Below, piece after piece: positions 28,106 through 36,812 of a DNA stretch of 64,000 nt. A program made the translations under genes and the position numbers. This DNA comes from Bacteroidia bacterium (GTDB taxonomy: Bacteria; Bacteroidota; Bacteroidia; Bacteroidales; VadinHA17). Within the stretch, counting starts at the first letter, position 1. Every line of letters starts with the position of its first letter. Below the pieces are notes generated by a model that worked only from the letters and a program-made list of their open reading frames with translations, ran no database searches and was not told where the DNA came from. The stretch lies in assembly GCA_041480425.1 (NCBI GenBank), contig JBGOZX010000002.1, positions 10,694 through 74,693 of the forward strand. The letters run 5' to 3'.

Positions 28106-28198
28106 TTTATATCTTTATTACATTACTCCATGAGGCGTATATAACCTTTTGACTATATAACTTCCAGTTGCCCGGTGGATTTATTCAAATTCGGACTG

Positions 28199-28206
28199 CA
28201 AAGATA
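28199..28206 (-). promoter_or_regulatory. Candidate -7 box (TATCTTTG on the minus strand) for rplU-rpmA
   Basis: The plus strand reads CAAAGATA. This implies a leader of roughly 85 nt before the rplU ATG. Confidence 0.4.
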
Positions 28207-28385
28207 TACAAATTAGATTATTTGCAAATCAATCAGTCGAATTTTTTACAGAATACTTCGGAGCATTTAAAACAGATGATTCAATTAAACCTGATCTGCA
28301 GAAGATACCTGTGCATATAAGGACTGCAGTTTTAATCTGTTGAAAAAAAGAATCCAGTTAACCTTTGTCTTACTGCTATTATCTT

Positions 28386-28393
28386 TATATTTG
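28386..28393 (+). promoter_or_regulatory. Candidate -7 box TATATTTG
   Basis: Exact TAnnTTTG match, 50 nt upstream of the ATG at 28443. Confidence 0.4.
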
Positions 28394-28442
28394 TCAGATA
28401 CAACTTAAGAGCAGGTATTCATCTGGCGCTTAATAAATTGAA

Positions 28443-29039
28443 ATGAAAAGGGTAAAGCTTAAGGTGTTAGGGATTTCTTACAGTCAGACTCAATCAGGGG
28501 CTTATGCACTGATATTGATTGAGGAGAACGGCGAAAGGAGGGTACCTATTATTATTGGAGGCTTTGAAGCCCAGGCTATTGTTATCAAACTTGAAAATCT
28601 TGATCCACCGAGGCCTTTAACCCACGACTTGTTTAAAAGTTTTTCTGATGAGTTCAATATTTCTGTTATTGAAGTGATGATTTACAAACTTGAAGAGGGG
28701 GTCTTTTATTCAAAACTTGTTTGCAACAATGGGGAAAAAGAGTTGTCGATCGACAGCCGTACCTCAGATGCTGTGGCTCTTGCCTTGAGATTCGGATGCC
28801 CTATTTATATCACGGAGGAAATTCTTGAAAAAGCAGGAATTACAATTACCTCTTCAGACGCCGACTCAATTTCCGGAAATGAGACTGAAAATCTGTTTGA
28901 CCCGGGGAATTCCAGATTTGAAACCTACTCAGATGAGGAGCTTTATAAAATGATCGATGAAGCCGTGAAAACAGAAGACTATGAACGCGCTGCAGCAATA
29001 AGGGACGAGATTGATAAGAGAAAGAAAAGGAAGGATTAG
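28443..29039 (+). CDS. Bifunctional nuclease (BFN/DUF151) with a C-terminal UVR motif
   Basis: BFN core (PIIIGGFEAQAI...RPLTHDL) and a UvrB/C-type helical hairpin (EDYERAAAIRDEIDKRK). Confidence 0.8.
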   Translation: MKRVKLKVLGISYSQTQSGAYALILIEENGERRVPIIIGGFEAQAIVIKLENLDPPRPLTHDLFKSFSDEFNISVIEVMIYKLEEGVFYSKLVCNNGEKELSIDSRTSDAVALALRFGCPIYITEEILEKAGITITSSDADSISGNETENLFDPGNSRFETYSDEELYKMIDEAVKTEDYERAAAIRDEIDKRKKRKD

Positions 29040-29097
29040 TGCTCCTTCCTTCCTGATCATTATTTTCAAAATAGTATTGTAATTATAAAATCATAAG

Positions 29098-29892
29098 ATG
29101 AAGCAATATCTGGAGCTTCTTGATCATGTAATGAAGAATGGTACTGAGAAGCATGACAGAACCGGTACCGGCACAATAAGTGTGTTCGGTTATCAGATGA
29201 GATTTAACCTTGAGGAGGGTTTTCCACTGATGACAACAAAAAAGCTCCATCTTAAGTCTATATTGCATGAGCTGCTATGGTTCATTTCGGGTGATACAAA
29301 TATTAAGTATCTGAATGATAACGGTGTTAAAATATGGAATGAATGGGCTGACAAGGAAGGCAATCTGGGTCCGGTTTATGGTTACCAGTGGCGTTCCTGG
29401 CCGGCTGAAGGGGGCAGGAAAATTGACCAGCTGGCAAATGTCATTAGTGCAATACAAAAATCTCCCGATTCACGCCGGCATATTGTAAGTGCCTGGAATG
29501 TCGGAGAAATTCAAAAAATGGTGCTTCCACCATGTCATATCATGTTCCAGTTTTATGTCGCCGGAGGGAAGTTATCCTGCCAGTTATACCAGCGAAGCTG
29601 CGATATTTTTCTCGGTGTACCGTTCAATATTGCATCATATGCCCTGCTTACACTAATGGTAGCGCGGGCAACGGGACTTAAACCCGGGGATTTCATTCAT
29701 ACTCTTGGAGATGCTCATATTTATCTGAATCATATTGAACAGGTTAAACTGCAGCTTACAAGAGAACCATATAAGCTTCCTGTGATGACTTTAAATCCAT
29801 CTGTCACAGATATTTTTAAATTCAGGTACGAGGATTTCACATTGTCGGATTACATTGCACATCCTCATATAAAAGGAGACATCTCCGTTTAA
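29098..29892 (+). CDS. thyA: Thymidylate synthase
   Basis: [11 protein letters not shown]...DRTGTGT...LPPCH (catalytic Cys) ...[18 protein letters not shown]. Length is 264 aa. Confidence 0.95.
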   Translation: MKQYLELLDHVMKNGTEKHDRTGTGTISVFGYQMRFNLEEGFPLMTTKKLHLKSILHELLWFISGDTNIKYLNDNGVKIWNEWADKEGNLGPVYGYQWRSWPAEGGRKIDQLANVISAIQKSPDSRRHIVSAWNVGEIQKMVLPPCHIMFQFYVAGGKLSCQLYQRSCDIFLGVPFNIASYALLTLMVARATGLKPGDFIHTLGDAHIYLNHIEQVKLQLTREPYKLPVMTLNPSVTDIFKFRYEDFTLSDYIAHPHIKGDISV

Positions 29893-29903
29893 ATAACAGG
29901 TAT

Positions 29904-30395
29904 ATGATTTCAATTATAGTAGCTGTTTCTGATGATTGGGGTATAGGTAAGGATAATGAGCTTTTATGGCATATCCCTGAGGATCTGAAGAGATTTAAAA
30001 AGTTGACCTTAGGGAATGCTGTTATTATGGGGAAAAAGACATGGGAATCATTGCCGAGGAAACCTCTCCCCGGGAGAAAAAATATTGTTCTGACAGATGT
30101 CCCTCACGAATGTATTGATAGCTCCATAACAGCATACTCCGTTGAAGACGCTCTTAGCAAATGTGACAAGGATGAAGAGATATTTGTGATCGGGGGGGGG
30201 AGTGTGTACCGTCAGTTTATGTTATTAGCCGACCGACTTTATATAACCCACGTTCACAAAAAGGCTCCTGCTGATGTTTATTTCCCTGAAATAGATCGCA
30301 GAATGTGGAAAGTGGTTGAAAAGGAGGAGTTCAAAGCAGACTTGAGTAATGGGATTTCCTATACGTATATAATATATGAGAGGATAGAAAGGTAG
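29904..30395 (+). CDS. folA: Dihydrofolate reductase
   Basis: IVAVSDDWGIGKDNELLWHIPEDLKRFKKLT and VIGGGSVY. It sits immediately downstream of thyA. Confidence 0.9.
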   Translation: MISIIVAVSDDWGIGKDNELLWHIPEDLKRFKKLTLGNAVIMGKKTWESLPRKPLPGRKNIVLTDVPHECIDSSITAYSVEDALSKCDKDEEIFVIGGGSVYRQFMLLADRLYITHVHKKAPADVYFPEIDRRMWKVVEKEEFKADLSNGISYTYIIYERIER

Positions 30396-30488
30396 TATTT
30401 TTAAAAAATTTAACTCTGATTAAACCTTTCAGAAAAGATTGCATCTAAGAGTTTGTTGATCGGAATTAATAATTTAAAAATACTACTT

Positions 30489-31349
30489 ATGAAAACTAAG
30501 ATTTTTTTGATGATAACAGCTCTTGCTGTTCTGACATTCTCTTCATGTAAAAAGGATACATCTCCTTTGGAACAAACCACCATCAACCTTGCTGACGATG
30601 ATGCTTTAAGTGAAGCAATATTTGAAGATGTTTTTAATACTGTCGATAATGCAAGCATCATTCTTGATGATTTTGTAAAGAGTGGCGACACAAAATCATT
30701 CCTGGTTAGTGATTCATGTCCGACAATAACTGTGACACATCCATCTGAAGGCATCTGGCCGAAAGTAATAACCATTGATTACGGGACAGGCTGCATGGGA
30801 TTCTATGAAAATACCAGGTCAGGGAAGATCATTATGCAGGTTACCGGACCTCGTCTTACAGAAGGTTCAAAACGAACTGTCACTTTTGACAACTATTATT
30901 TTAACGGCATTAAGGTAGAAGGTACGAAGGTGTTTGAAAATATAGGACTTAACAGCAATCAGAACCTCGTTTTCGCAATAAAACTTACGGATGGTAAACT
31001 GACCCTTCCGGATGGAAAAACAATTGAGCGTTCATTTGAGCACCAGAGAGAATGGATAGCAGGTTTGATGACAAGAAATATCTGGGATGATGAGTGCCTG
31101 ATAACCGGTTCTGCAAATGGTAAAAATATCGAGGGTAAAGCTTATACCAGAACCATTAAGACTGCATTGCATTGGAAACGGGTTTGCCAGTTCATTGTAA
31201 GCGGGGTTGTTATGATTGAGAGGGATGGAGCTGAGCCTTTTGAGCTTGATTATGGTAAAGGCGAATGTGATAATAAAGCGATAGTTAAAAGAGGAAGTGA
31301 AACGAAGGAAATACTTCTCAGGCATCGGCATCGCAATATGATCAATTAA
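30489..31349 (+). CDS. Hypothetical lipoprotein
   Basis: Lipobox LTFSSCKKD after the ATG at 30489. Paired cysteines and no recognisable catalytic motif. Confidence 0.6.
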   Translation: MKTKIFLMITALAVLTFSSCKKDTSPLEQTTINLADDDALSEAIFEDVFNTVDNASIILDDFVKSGDTKSFLVSDSCPTITVTHPSEGIWPKVITIDYGTGCMGFYENTRSGKIIMQVTGPRLTEGSKRTVTFDNYYFNGIKVEGTKVFENIGLNSNQNLVFAIKLTDGKLTLPDGKTIERSFEHQREWIAGLMTRNIWDDECLITGSANGKNIEGKAYTRTIKTALHWKRVCQFIVSGVVMIERDGAEPFELDYGKGECDNKAIVKRGSETKEILLRHRHRNMIN

Positions 31350-31361
31350 GAAGAAACTTAT

Positions 31362-31400
31362 AAAAAAAGTAGGGACGTTGCATGCAACGTCCCTACTTTT
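31362..31400. terminator. Bidirectional intrinsic terminator (perfect 28-bp palindrome flanked by A7 and T4)
   Basis: GTAGGGACGTTGCA|TGCAACGTCCCTAC at 31369-31396, with all 14 pairs checked. It lies between the convergent lipoprotein gene and clpX. Confidence 0.75.
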
Positions 31401-31421
31401 ATTGTCATGCAACGTCTCTAC

Positions 31422-32636
31422 TTATGATGCTTTGAGAATCTTCATATCAATTCTCTCGAGTTTGTGAATTGCATAATCGGTTGTAATGGTCAGTTCGTTT
31501 GTTTCGACAGAGGGCATTTCGAACATTGCATCGAGCATAATAGCTTCGCAGATTGATCTCAGTCCACGGGCACCAAGTTTGAATTCGATAGCTTTATCAA
31601 CAATAAAATCAAGAACCCCCTCACCAAAAGAGAGTTCAATATTGTCCATTTTAAACAGCTTGATATATTGTTTCACCAGTGCATTTTTCGGTTCGGTAAG
31701 TATTGCTCTGAGAGCATCCTTGTCGAGCGGATTAAGATGAGTCAGAACAGGTAACCTTCCTATTATCTCCGGAATCAGTCCGTATGCTCTGAGATCCTGT
31801 GGTGCAATGTACTGAAGCAGGTTATCCTTGTCGATCCTCTCTCTTATTTTATAGGCGCCAAACCCAACAACCTGGGTATTAAGCCTTTGTGCAATTTTCT
31901 TTTCAATACCTTCAAATGCACCTCCACAGATAAAAAGAATATTCTTTGTATCCACAGGGATCATTTTTTGTTCCGGATGTTTGCGTCCACCCTGGGGAGG
32001 AACATTCACAATAGATCCTTCGAGCAGTTTTAATAGTCCCTGTTGTACGCCTTCCCCTGATACATCGCGTGTTATAGAGGGATTATCACCCTTTCTGGCA
32101 ATCTTATCAATTTCATCGATAAAAACAATCCCCTTTTCAGCAGCTTTGACATCATAATCGGCGTTCTGGAGCAGGCGTGTAAGAAGGCTTTCAATATCTT
32201 CTCCAACATAGCCTGCCTCTGTAAGTACCGTTGCATCAACAATTGTAAAGGGGACATGAAGCATCTTTGCCACGGTTCTTGCAAGAAGTGTCTTTCCGGT
32301 ACCTGTTTCACCAACGAGAATAATATTTGATTTTTCTATTTCAATATCCTCGGCATCAGGCTTTTGCATCAGCCTTTTATAGTGATTATACACAGCAACG
32401 GCAATGATCTTTTTCGCCATTTCCTGACCAATAACATATTGGTCGAGAAAATGCTTGATTTCGGCAGGTTTAAGGAGATTTATTGTATCAAAAGCAATAT
32501 TCTTTTTATTCCCCATCTCCTCGTTCATAATGCTGTAGGCCTGTTCAATACAGTGATCACAAATGTGGCCTTCAAGACCAGCAATGAGCATGTTAGCCTC
32601 TTTCTTGGTTCTGCCGCAGAATGAACATTTATCCAT
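31422..32636 (-). CDS. clpX: ATP-dependent Clp protease ATP-binding subunit ClpX
   Basis: N-terminal zinc ribbon CSFCGR...CDHC, Walker A GETGTGKT, Walker [10 protein letters not shown]. Confidence 0.95.
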   Translation of the reverse strand: MDKCSFCGRTKKEANMLIAGLEGHICDHCIEQAYSIMNEEMGNKKNIAFDTINLLKPAEIKHFLDQYVIGQEMAKKIIAVAVYNHYKRLMQKPDAEDIEIEKSNIILVGETGTGKTLLARTVAKMLHVPFTIVDATVLTEAGYVGEDIESLLTRLLQNADYDVKAAEKGIVFIDEIDKIARKGDNPSITRDVSGEGVQQGLLKLLEGSIVNVPPQGGRKHPEQKMIPVDTKNILFICGGAFEGIEKKIAQRLNTQVVGFGAYKIRERIDKDNLLQYIAPQDLRAYGLIPEIIGRLPVLTHLNPLDKDALRAILTEPKNALVKQYIKLFKMDNIELSFGEGVLDFIVDKAIEFKLGARGLRSICEAIMLDAMFEMPSVETNELTITTDYAIHKLERIDMKILKAS

Positions 32637-32642
32637 GTATTA

Positions 32643-33320
32643 CTATCGTTGGGTTTTTTGTAGGATCTCATCAATCATCCCATACTCTTTGGCCTCCTGG
32701 GATGTCATCCAATAGTCCCTGTCGGAATCTTTTTCAACTTTTTCAATTGAATTGCCCGAATGCAAAGCAATTATTTCAAACAGTTCATGTTTCAGCTTAA
32801 CGATTTCACGTGCCTGTATCTCAATATCTGAAGCCTGTCCTTCTGTGCCACCCATCGGTTGATGGATCATTATTCTCGAATGTTTAAGAGCCGATCGTTT
32901 TCCTTTCTTGCCAGCGGTAAGAAGTACAGCGCCCATCGAAGCTGCCATTCCGGTACAGATAGTGGCAATATCGGCCGAGATATACTGCATTGTATCGTAA
33001 ATTCCAAGTCCGGCATGAACCGATCCGCCTGGGGTATTGAAATATATCTGTATGTCTTTCCCCGGGTCGGAAGAATCGAGATAAAGCAACTGAGCCTCAA
33101 TGATGTTTGCTACATAATCGTCGATCGGTAAACCAAGAAAAATGATCCTGTCCATCATCAGTCGGGAGAAGACGTCCATTGATGCAACATTTAGTTGCCT
33201 TTCCTCAATTATTGTAGGCGATATATAGCTACTCCAGACAGAGGAATATCGGTGTAAGGTCAGACTGCTGATCCCACGTTTACTCCCTGCATATTTCCCA
33301 AAATCGTTTAAATTACTCAT
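32643..33320 (-). CDS. clpP: ATP-dependent Clp protease proteolytic subunit
   Basis: Catalytic blocks GMAASMG and IMIHQP. I moved the start to the ATG at 33318-33320 because a -7 box lies inside the TTG-initiated extension. Confidence 0.9.
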   Translation of the reverse strand: MSNLNDFGKYAGSKRGISSLTLHRYSSVWSSYISPTIIEERQLNVASMDVFSRLMMDRIIFLGLPIDDYVANIIEAQLLYLDSSDPGKDIQIYFNTPGGSVHAGLGIYDTMQYISADIATICTGMAASMGAVLLTAGKKGKRSALKHSRIMIHQPMGGTEGQASDIEIQAREIVKLKHELFEIIALHSGNSIEKVEKDSDRDYWMTSQEAKEYGMIDEILQKTQR

Positions 33321-33344
33321 GTTGAAATTCTTAAAATTTGAACA

Positions 33345-33352
33345 CAAAGATA
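33345..33352 (-). promoter_or_regulatory. Candidate -7 box (TATCTTTG on the minus strand) for clpP-clpX
   Basis: The plus strand reads CAAAGATA, 25 nt upstream of the clpP ATG. Confidence 0.4.
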
Positions 33353-33388
33353 AGAAAATTAAAGTAAATCATTGCAATGCATTGATTA

Positions 33389-34738
33389 CTATTCAAAAAG
33401 CTTATTGAATTCCTCAATCGTGACTGTTTTATTTTCAATCTTAACAAAATCCTTAAACAGTACGATCACTTTTTCTTCCAGTATTTTATCGGCAATTTTT
33501 TTTGCATCCTCTTCCCGTTTGAGGGTCTCTTTTGCATAGTTTGTTATCTGTTCATCGGTTGCATAGAACAAACCGTATTGCCTGAACTGATGTCTTGTTA
33601 TGTTTTCTGCCTCTTTCTGAAGCTCTTCCTCTGTTATTCTGACTTCATTTTGCTTTGCAATCTTATTCCTGATCAGCTGCCATTTAAGGTCATGCCTGAA
33701 TGAGTCAAATTCTTTCTCGATCTGTTCTTCAGTTGTTTTTTCATTCACTTTCAAAAGCCATTTTTTCAGGAAATCTTCAGGAAGCTGGAAATCAGTTTTT
33801 TCAATAGCAAGATTCTTGATGTCGAGCGACAATTTATAATCACTTTCCTGTCGCAGGTTTGTTGTGATCTCATCCTCAATCTTCTTCAAAAATTCTTCTT
33901 CAGTAGAAACAACTCCTTCTCCGTAAATTCTGTCGAATAATTCCTGCCCTGTTTCTGCCGGATGGAAACGGCTTATCTCATTGATTGTAAACCTGAAGTT
34001 TCCTTTAACACTAATAACCTCATCCTTCTGTTTCTTCAGTAAGCCGGCTATTTCAAAATCGTTTGGAAGTGCCTTTCTCAGGTCGAAATCAATAGTATCA
34101 GCATCCGTTTTCCCAATAAACAGTTTTTTGATCTTCTTATCCTTGATAACATCTATTCCAAGGGTAGTATCATCTGCAAACATACCATCAGGCAGAGGAT
34201 TTCCGCTTTCATCAAGAGCTTCAATTTTACCCTTCAGCATATCTTTCTCCTCGGAAAGGTCAGCTTTACTGAATCGACCATAGCGACGTGTGTAATTCTC
34301 AAGGTAATCGTTTTTCATTTTTTCATCTACCGCTATCTCATAATAGATCACCTTATTTTTTTTGCTGAGTTTAAGTTCAAAGAGAGGAGCCAGCCCGAGT
34401 TCAAAAGAGAAAGTGAATGATTCCTGTTTATCAAAGTCAATTTTATCCTGGTGATCAGATTTAGGAAGAGGATCTCCAAGGATATCAAGTTTTTCGTCAG
34501 TCAGATATTTCTGAATGCCCTCAGTTACAATTTTGTTGATTTCGTCGATCTGTACTGCTTTACCATACATTTTCCTTACCAGACCAATTGGCACCATTCC
34601 CGGGCGGAATCCTTTAACGGTTGCCTTTTTGCGGTAGTCTCTCAGAACTTTTTCAACTTTTTCGTCATAATCAGTCTTCTCAACCTGTACTTTTAAAACA
34701 GCATTCAGATCGTTGATGTTTTCCCTGATGATATTCAT
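33389..34738 (-). CDS. tig: Trigger factor
   Basis: MNIIRENINDLNAVLKVQVEKTDYDEKVEKVL...KGFRPGMVP is a typical trigger-factor N-domain. The ORF-track extension upstream overlaps a tRNA and a terminator, so I use the ATG at 34736-34738. Confidence 0.9.
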   Translation of the reverse strand: MNIIRENINDLNAVLKVQVEKTDYDEKVEKVLRDYRKKATVKGFRPGMVPIGLVRKMYGKAVQIDEINKIVTEGIQKYLTDEKLDILGDPLPKSDHQDKIDFDKQESFTFSFELGLAPLFELKLSKKNKVIYYEIAVDEKMKNDYLENYTRRYGRFSKADLSEEKDMLKGKIEALDESGNPLPDGMFADDTTLGIDVIKDKKIKKLFIGKTDADTIDFDLRKALPNDFEIAGLLKKQKDEVISVKGNFRFTINEISRFHPAETGQELFDRIYGEGVVSTEEEFLKKIEDEITTNLRQESDYKLSLDIKNLAIEKTDFQLPEDFLKKWLLKVNEKTTEEQIEKEFDSFRHDLKWQLIRNKIAKQNEVRITEEELQKEAENITRHQFRQYGLFYATDEQITNYAKETLKREEDAKKIADKILEEKVIVLFKDFVKIENKTVTIEEFNKLFE

Positions 34739-34760
34739 TTTCAAGAAGTTTATTGAATAT

Positions 34761-34807
34761 TTAAAAAACCGCCAAAACGCACACTGAATGATCGTTACAG
34801 GCGGTTT
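34761..34807 (-). terminator. Terminator-like hairpin downstream of tRNA-Leu
   Basis: The minus-strand RNA reads AAACCGCC...(26-nt partly paired loop)...GGCGGTTT followed by TTTAA, giving a 6-U run in total. Confidence 0.5.
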
Positions 34808-34816
34808 GTCTATTTG

Positions 34817-34899
34817 TGCGGATGAAGGGACTCGAACCCCCACGTCATTAAGACACAAGATCCTAAGTCTTGCTCGGCTACCAATTACGACACATCCGC
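34817..34899 (-). tRNA. tRNA-Leu (anticodon TAG), class II with a long variable arm
   Basis: The hand-folded minus-strand sequence is GCGGATG-TG-TCG..CGA-G-CAAGA-CTTAGGA-TCTTG-variable arm GTC/GAC-GGGGG-TTCGAGT-CCCTT-CATCCGC-A. The acceptor stem has 7 perfect pairs, the T-loop is TTCGAGT, and no CCA is encoded. Confidence 0.85.
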
Positions 34900-34911
34900 T
34901 TAAAATTCACG

Positions 34912-34919
34912 CAAAAATA
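34912..34919 (-). promoter_or_regulatory. Candidate -7 box (TATTTTTG on the minus strand) for tRNA-Leu
   Basis: The plus strand reads CAAAAATA, 12 nt upstream of the tRNA 5' end. Confidence 0.4.
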
Positions 34920-34951
34920 TAGAAAAATATTATTAAAACAAACAGAGGCAA

Positions 34952-35677
34952 TTACTTGCGAAGTTCGAAGTTTTTTCCAAGATAGACTTTTCTTACATGC
35001 TCATCTTCAGCAAGTTGCGATGAGGTTCCGGACATCAGGATACGTCCTTCGAAAAGCAGGTAAGCGCGATCGGTAATGGAAAGTGTTTCGTGTACGTTAT
35101 GGTCGGTGATCAGAATTCCAATATTTTTCCCCTTTAGTTTAGAGACTATATCCTGTATATCTTCAACAGCAATAGGATCAACACCTGCAAATGGTTCATC
35201 AAGCAAAATAAACTTCGGTTTAAGGGCAAGTGCCCGGGCTATCTCCGTTCTTCTTCTCTCCCCTCCTGAAAGCTGAATACCTTTGTTTTTCCTGATTTTC
35301 TGAAGTCCGAATTCATTCAGAAGTGTCTCGAGTCTTTCCATCTGTTCTGCTTTCGGGAATCCTGACATTTCAAGAACTGCTCTTATATTATCCTCAACAG
35401 ATAGATTCCTGAACACAGAGGCTTCCTGGGCAAGATATCCGATACCACGCCTTGCACGTTTGTATACAGGTAATGAAGTTATCTCTTCTTCATCAAGAAA
35501 TATCTTACCTTCTCTTGGTCTGATAAGTCCGACGATCATATAAAAGGATGTAGTCTTTCCGGCGCCATTAGGTCCCAGTAAACCTACAATTTCCCCCTGT
35601 TCAACTTCGATTGAAACATGATCGACAACAGTTCTGTTGCGGTACTTTTTTACAAGATTTTCAGTATATAATTTCAT
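34952..35677 (-). CDS. lptB: LPS export ABC transporter ATP-binding protein
   Basis: Walker [10 protein letters not shown], signature LSGGERRR, Walker [12 protein letters not shown], and the LptB-typical C-terminus. The start is placed at [12 protein letters not shown]. Confidence 0.85.
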   Translation of the reverse strand: MKLYTENLVKKYRNRTVVDHVSIEVEQGEIVGLLGPNGAGKTTSFYMIVGLIRPREGKIFLDEEEITSLPVYKRARRGIGYLAQEASVFRNLSVEDNIRAVLEMSGFPKAEQMERLETLLNEFGLQKIRKNKGIQLSGGERRRTEIARALALKPKFILLDEPFAGVDPIAVEDIQDIVSKLKGKNIGILITDHNVHETLSITDRAYLLFEGRILMSGTSSQLAEDEHVRKVYLGKNFELRK

Positions 35678-35684
35678 CTCTGAT

Positions 35685-36578
35685 TTAGCTGGTGGCTTCT
35701 TCAGTCTCAGCTGAAGAACCTTCATTCATGAACTCATTCCTTATCTTTTCTTTCTGCTTCATAACCCTTTTTGATATTACGATCCCAACCTCATAAAGCA
35801 CCAATAATGGAATGGCTACAAGCGTCTGTGAAAAAACATCCGGCGGAGTAATTATTGCAGCAATAATAAATATTACAACAATTGCGTGTTTCCTGTATTT
35901 TTTAAGAAATGCTGGTGTAACTATCCCGATCTTGGTAAGGAAAAAAGTAATGATTGGAAGCTCAAAAACAAGTCCGGTAGCCAGACAGATTGATGTGAGA
36001 GTACCGATATATGACCTTATATTTATCTGATTTACTACGTCAGGACTAATCTGGTATGAACTAAGAAAATGGATTGAAAGGGGCGCAAGCATATAATATC
36101 CAAAAACAACACCGGTGAAAAAAAGCAATGACGCAGCAAAAACAGCTCCTCTGGCATGTTGCCTTTCGTTGGTATGAAGTGCTGGTTTGAAAAACTTCCA
36201 GAATTCCCATAATATAACGGGAAATGCAAAAATTACTCCAGTCACCATTGCCACAGTTATATGGGTTGTAAGCTGCCCGGCCATTTTAATGTTTATAAGA
36301 TTTAAAGGTTTTGTATTTATACACAGAATATTCGTTTTCATGAATTTCGCTTTCAGAAATTCACCAAGCTGGCAAAGGATACGGTTAGTAAAGAAGTCAG
36401 GATCTTTTGGTGCCAGAATGACCTTGTCGAAAATGAAGTTTTTAAAAATAAAAGCCACAATCATAAGAATAACAATTGCAAGTATTGAACGGATTATATG
36501 CCACCTCAACTCCTCGAGATGCTCAAGAAATGACATCTCACCCGCTCCGTTCTTACCTTTTTTCCACTTTAATGCCAT
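35685..36578 (-). CDS. tatC: Twin-arginine translocase subunit TatC
   Basis: The [17 protein letters not shown] motif and six TM helices. The start could be the ATG at 36578 or the one at 36536. Confidence 0.85.
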   Translation of the reverse strand: MALKWKKGKNGAGEMSFLEHLEELRWHIIRSILAIVILMIVAFIFKNFIFDKVILAPKDPDFFTNRILCQLGEFLKAKFMKTNILCINTKPLNLINIKMAGQLTTHITVAMVTGVIFAFPVILWEFWKFFKPALHTNERQHARGAVFAASLLFFTGVVFGYYMLAPLSIHFLSSYQISPDVVNQINIRSYIGTLTSICLATGLVFELPIITFFLTKIGIVTPAFLKKYRKHAIVVIFIIAAIITPPDVFSQTLVAIPLLVLYEVGIVISKRVMKQKEKIRNEFMNEGSSAETEEATS

Positions 36579-36812
36579 CAATGCAAAAGATTAATTTATT
36601 TAAAATTACAGCCTGTAAAGATGATAAATCTTATTCTGCAAAACAATATCATTTTTTAGCCGATAAAAGATTTACCATAGCACAATTTTATTATTTCGTT
36701 TTTGTTAATAAAAAAATAAAATCTGGTATTTGATTAATAAATTATTTAACTTTATATAAACTGTAAAGAATAAAACTTTGCAATCGGGTAAAATAATCAT
36801 TCTGGTAAGAAA

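Noticed and set aside
34739-34858. N-terminal 40-aa extension of the tig ORF in the ORF track.
   Set aside because: The extension overlaps tRNA-Leu and its downstream hairpin. The canonical trigger-factor N-terminus begins at the ATG at 34738.
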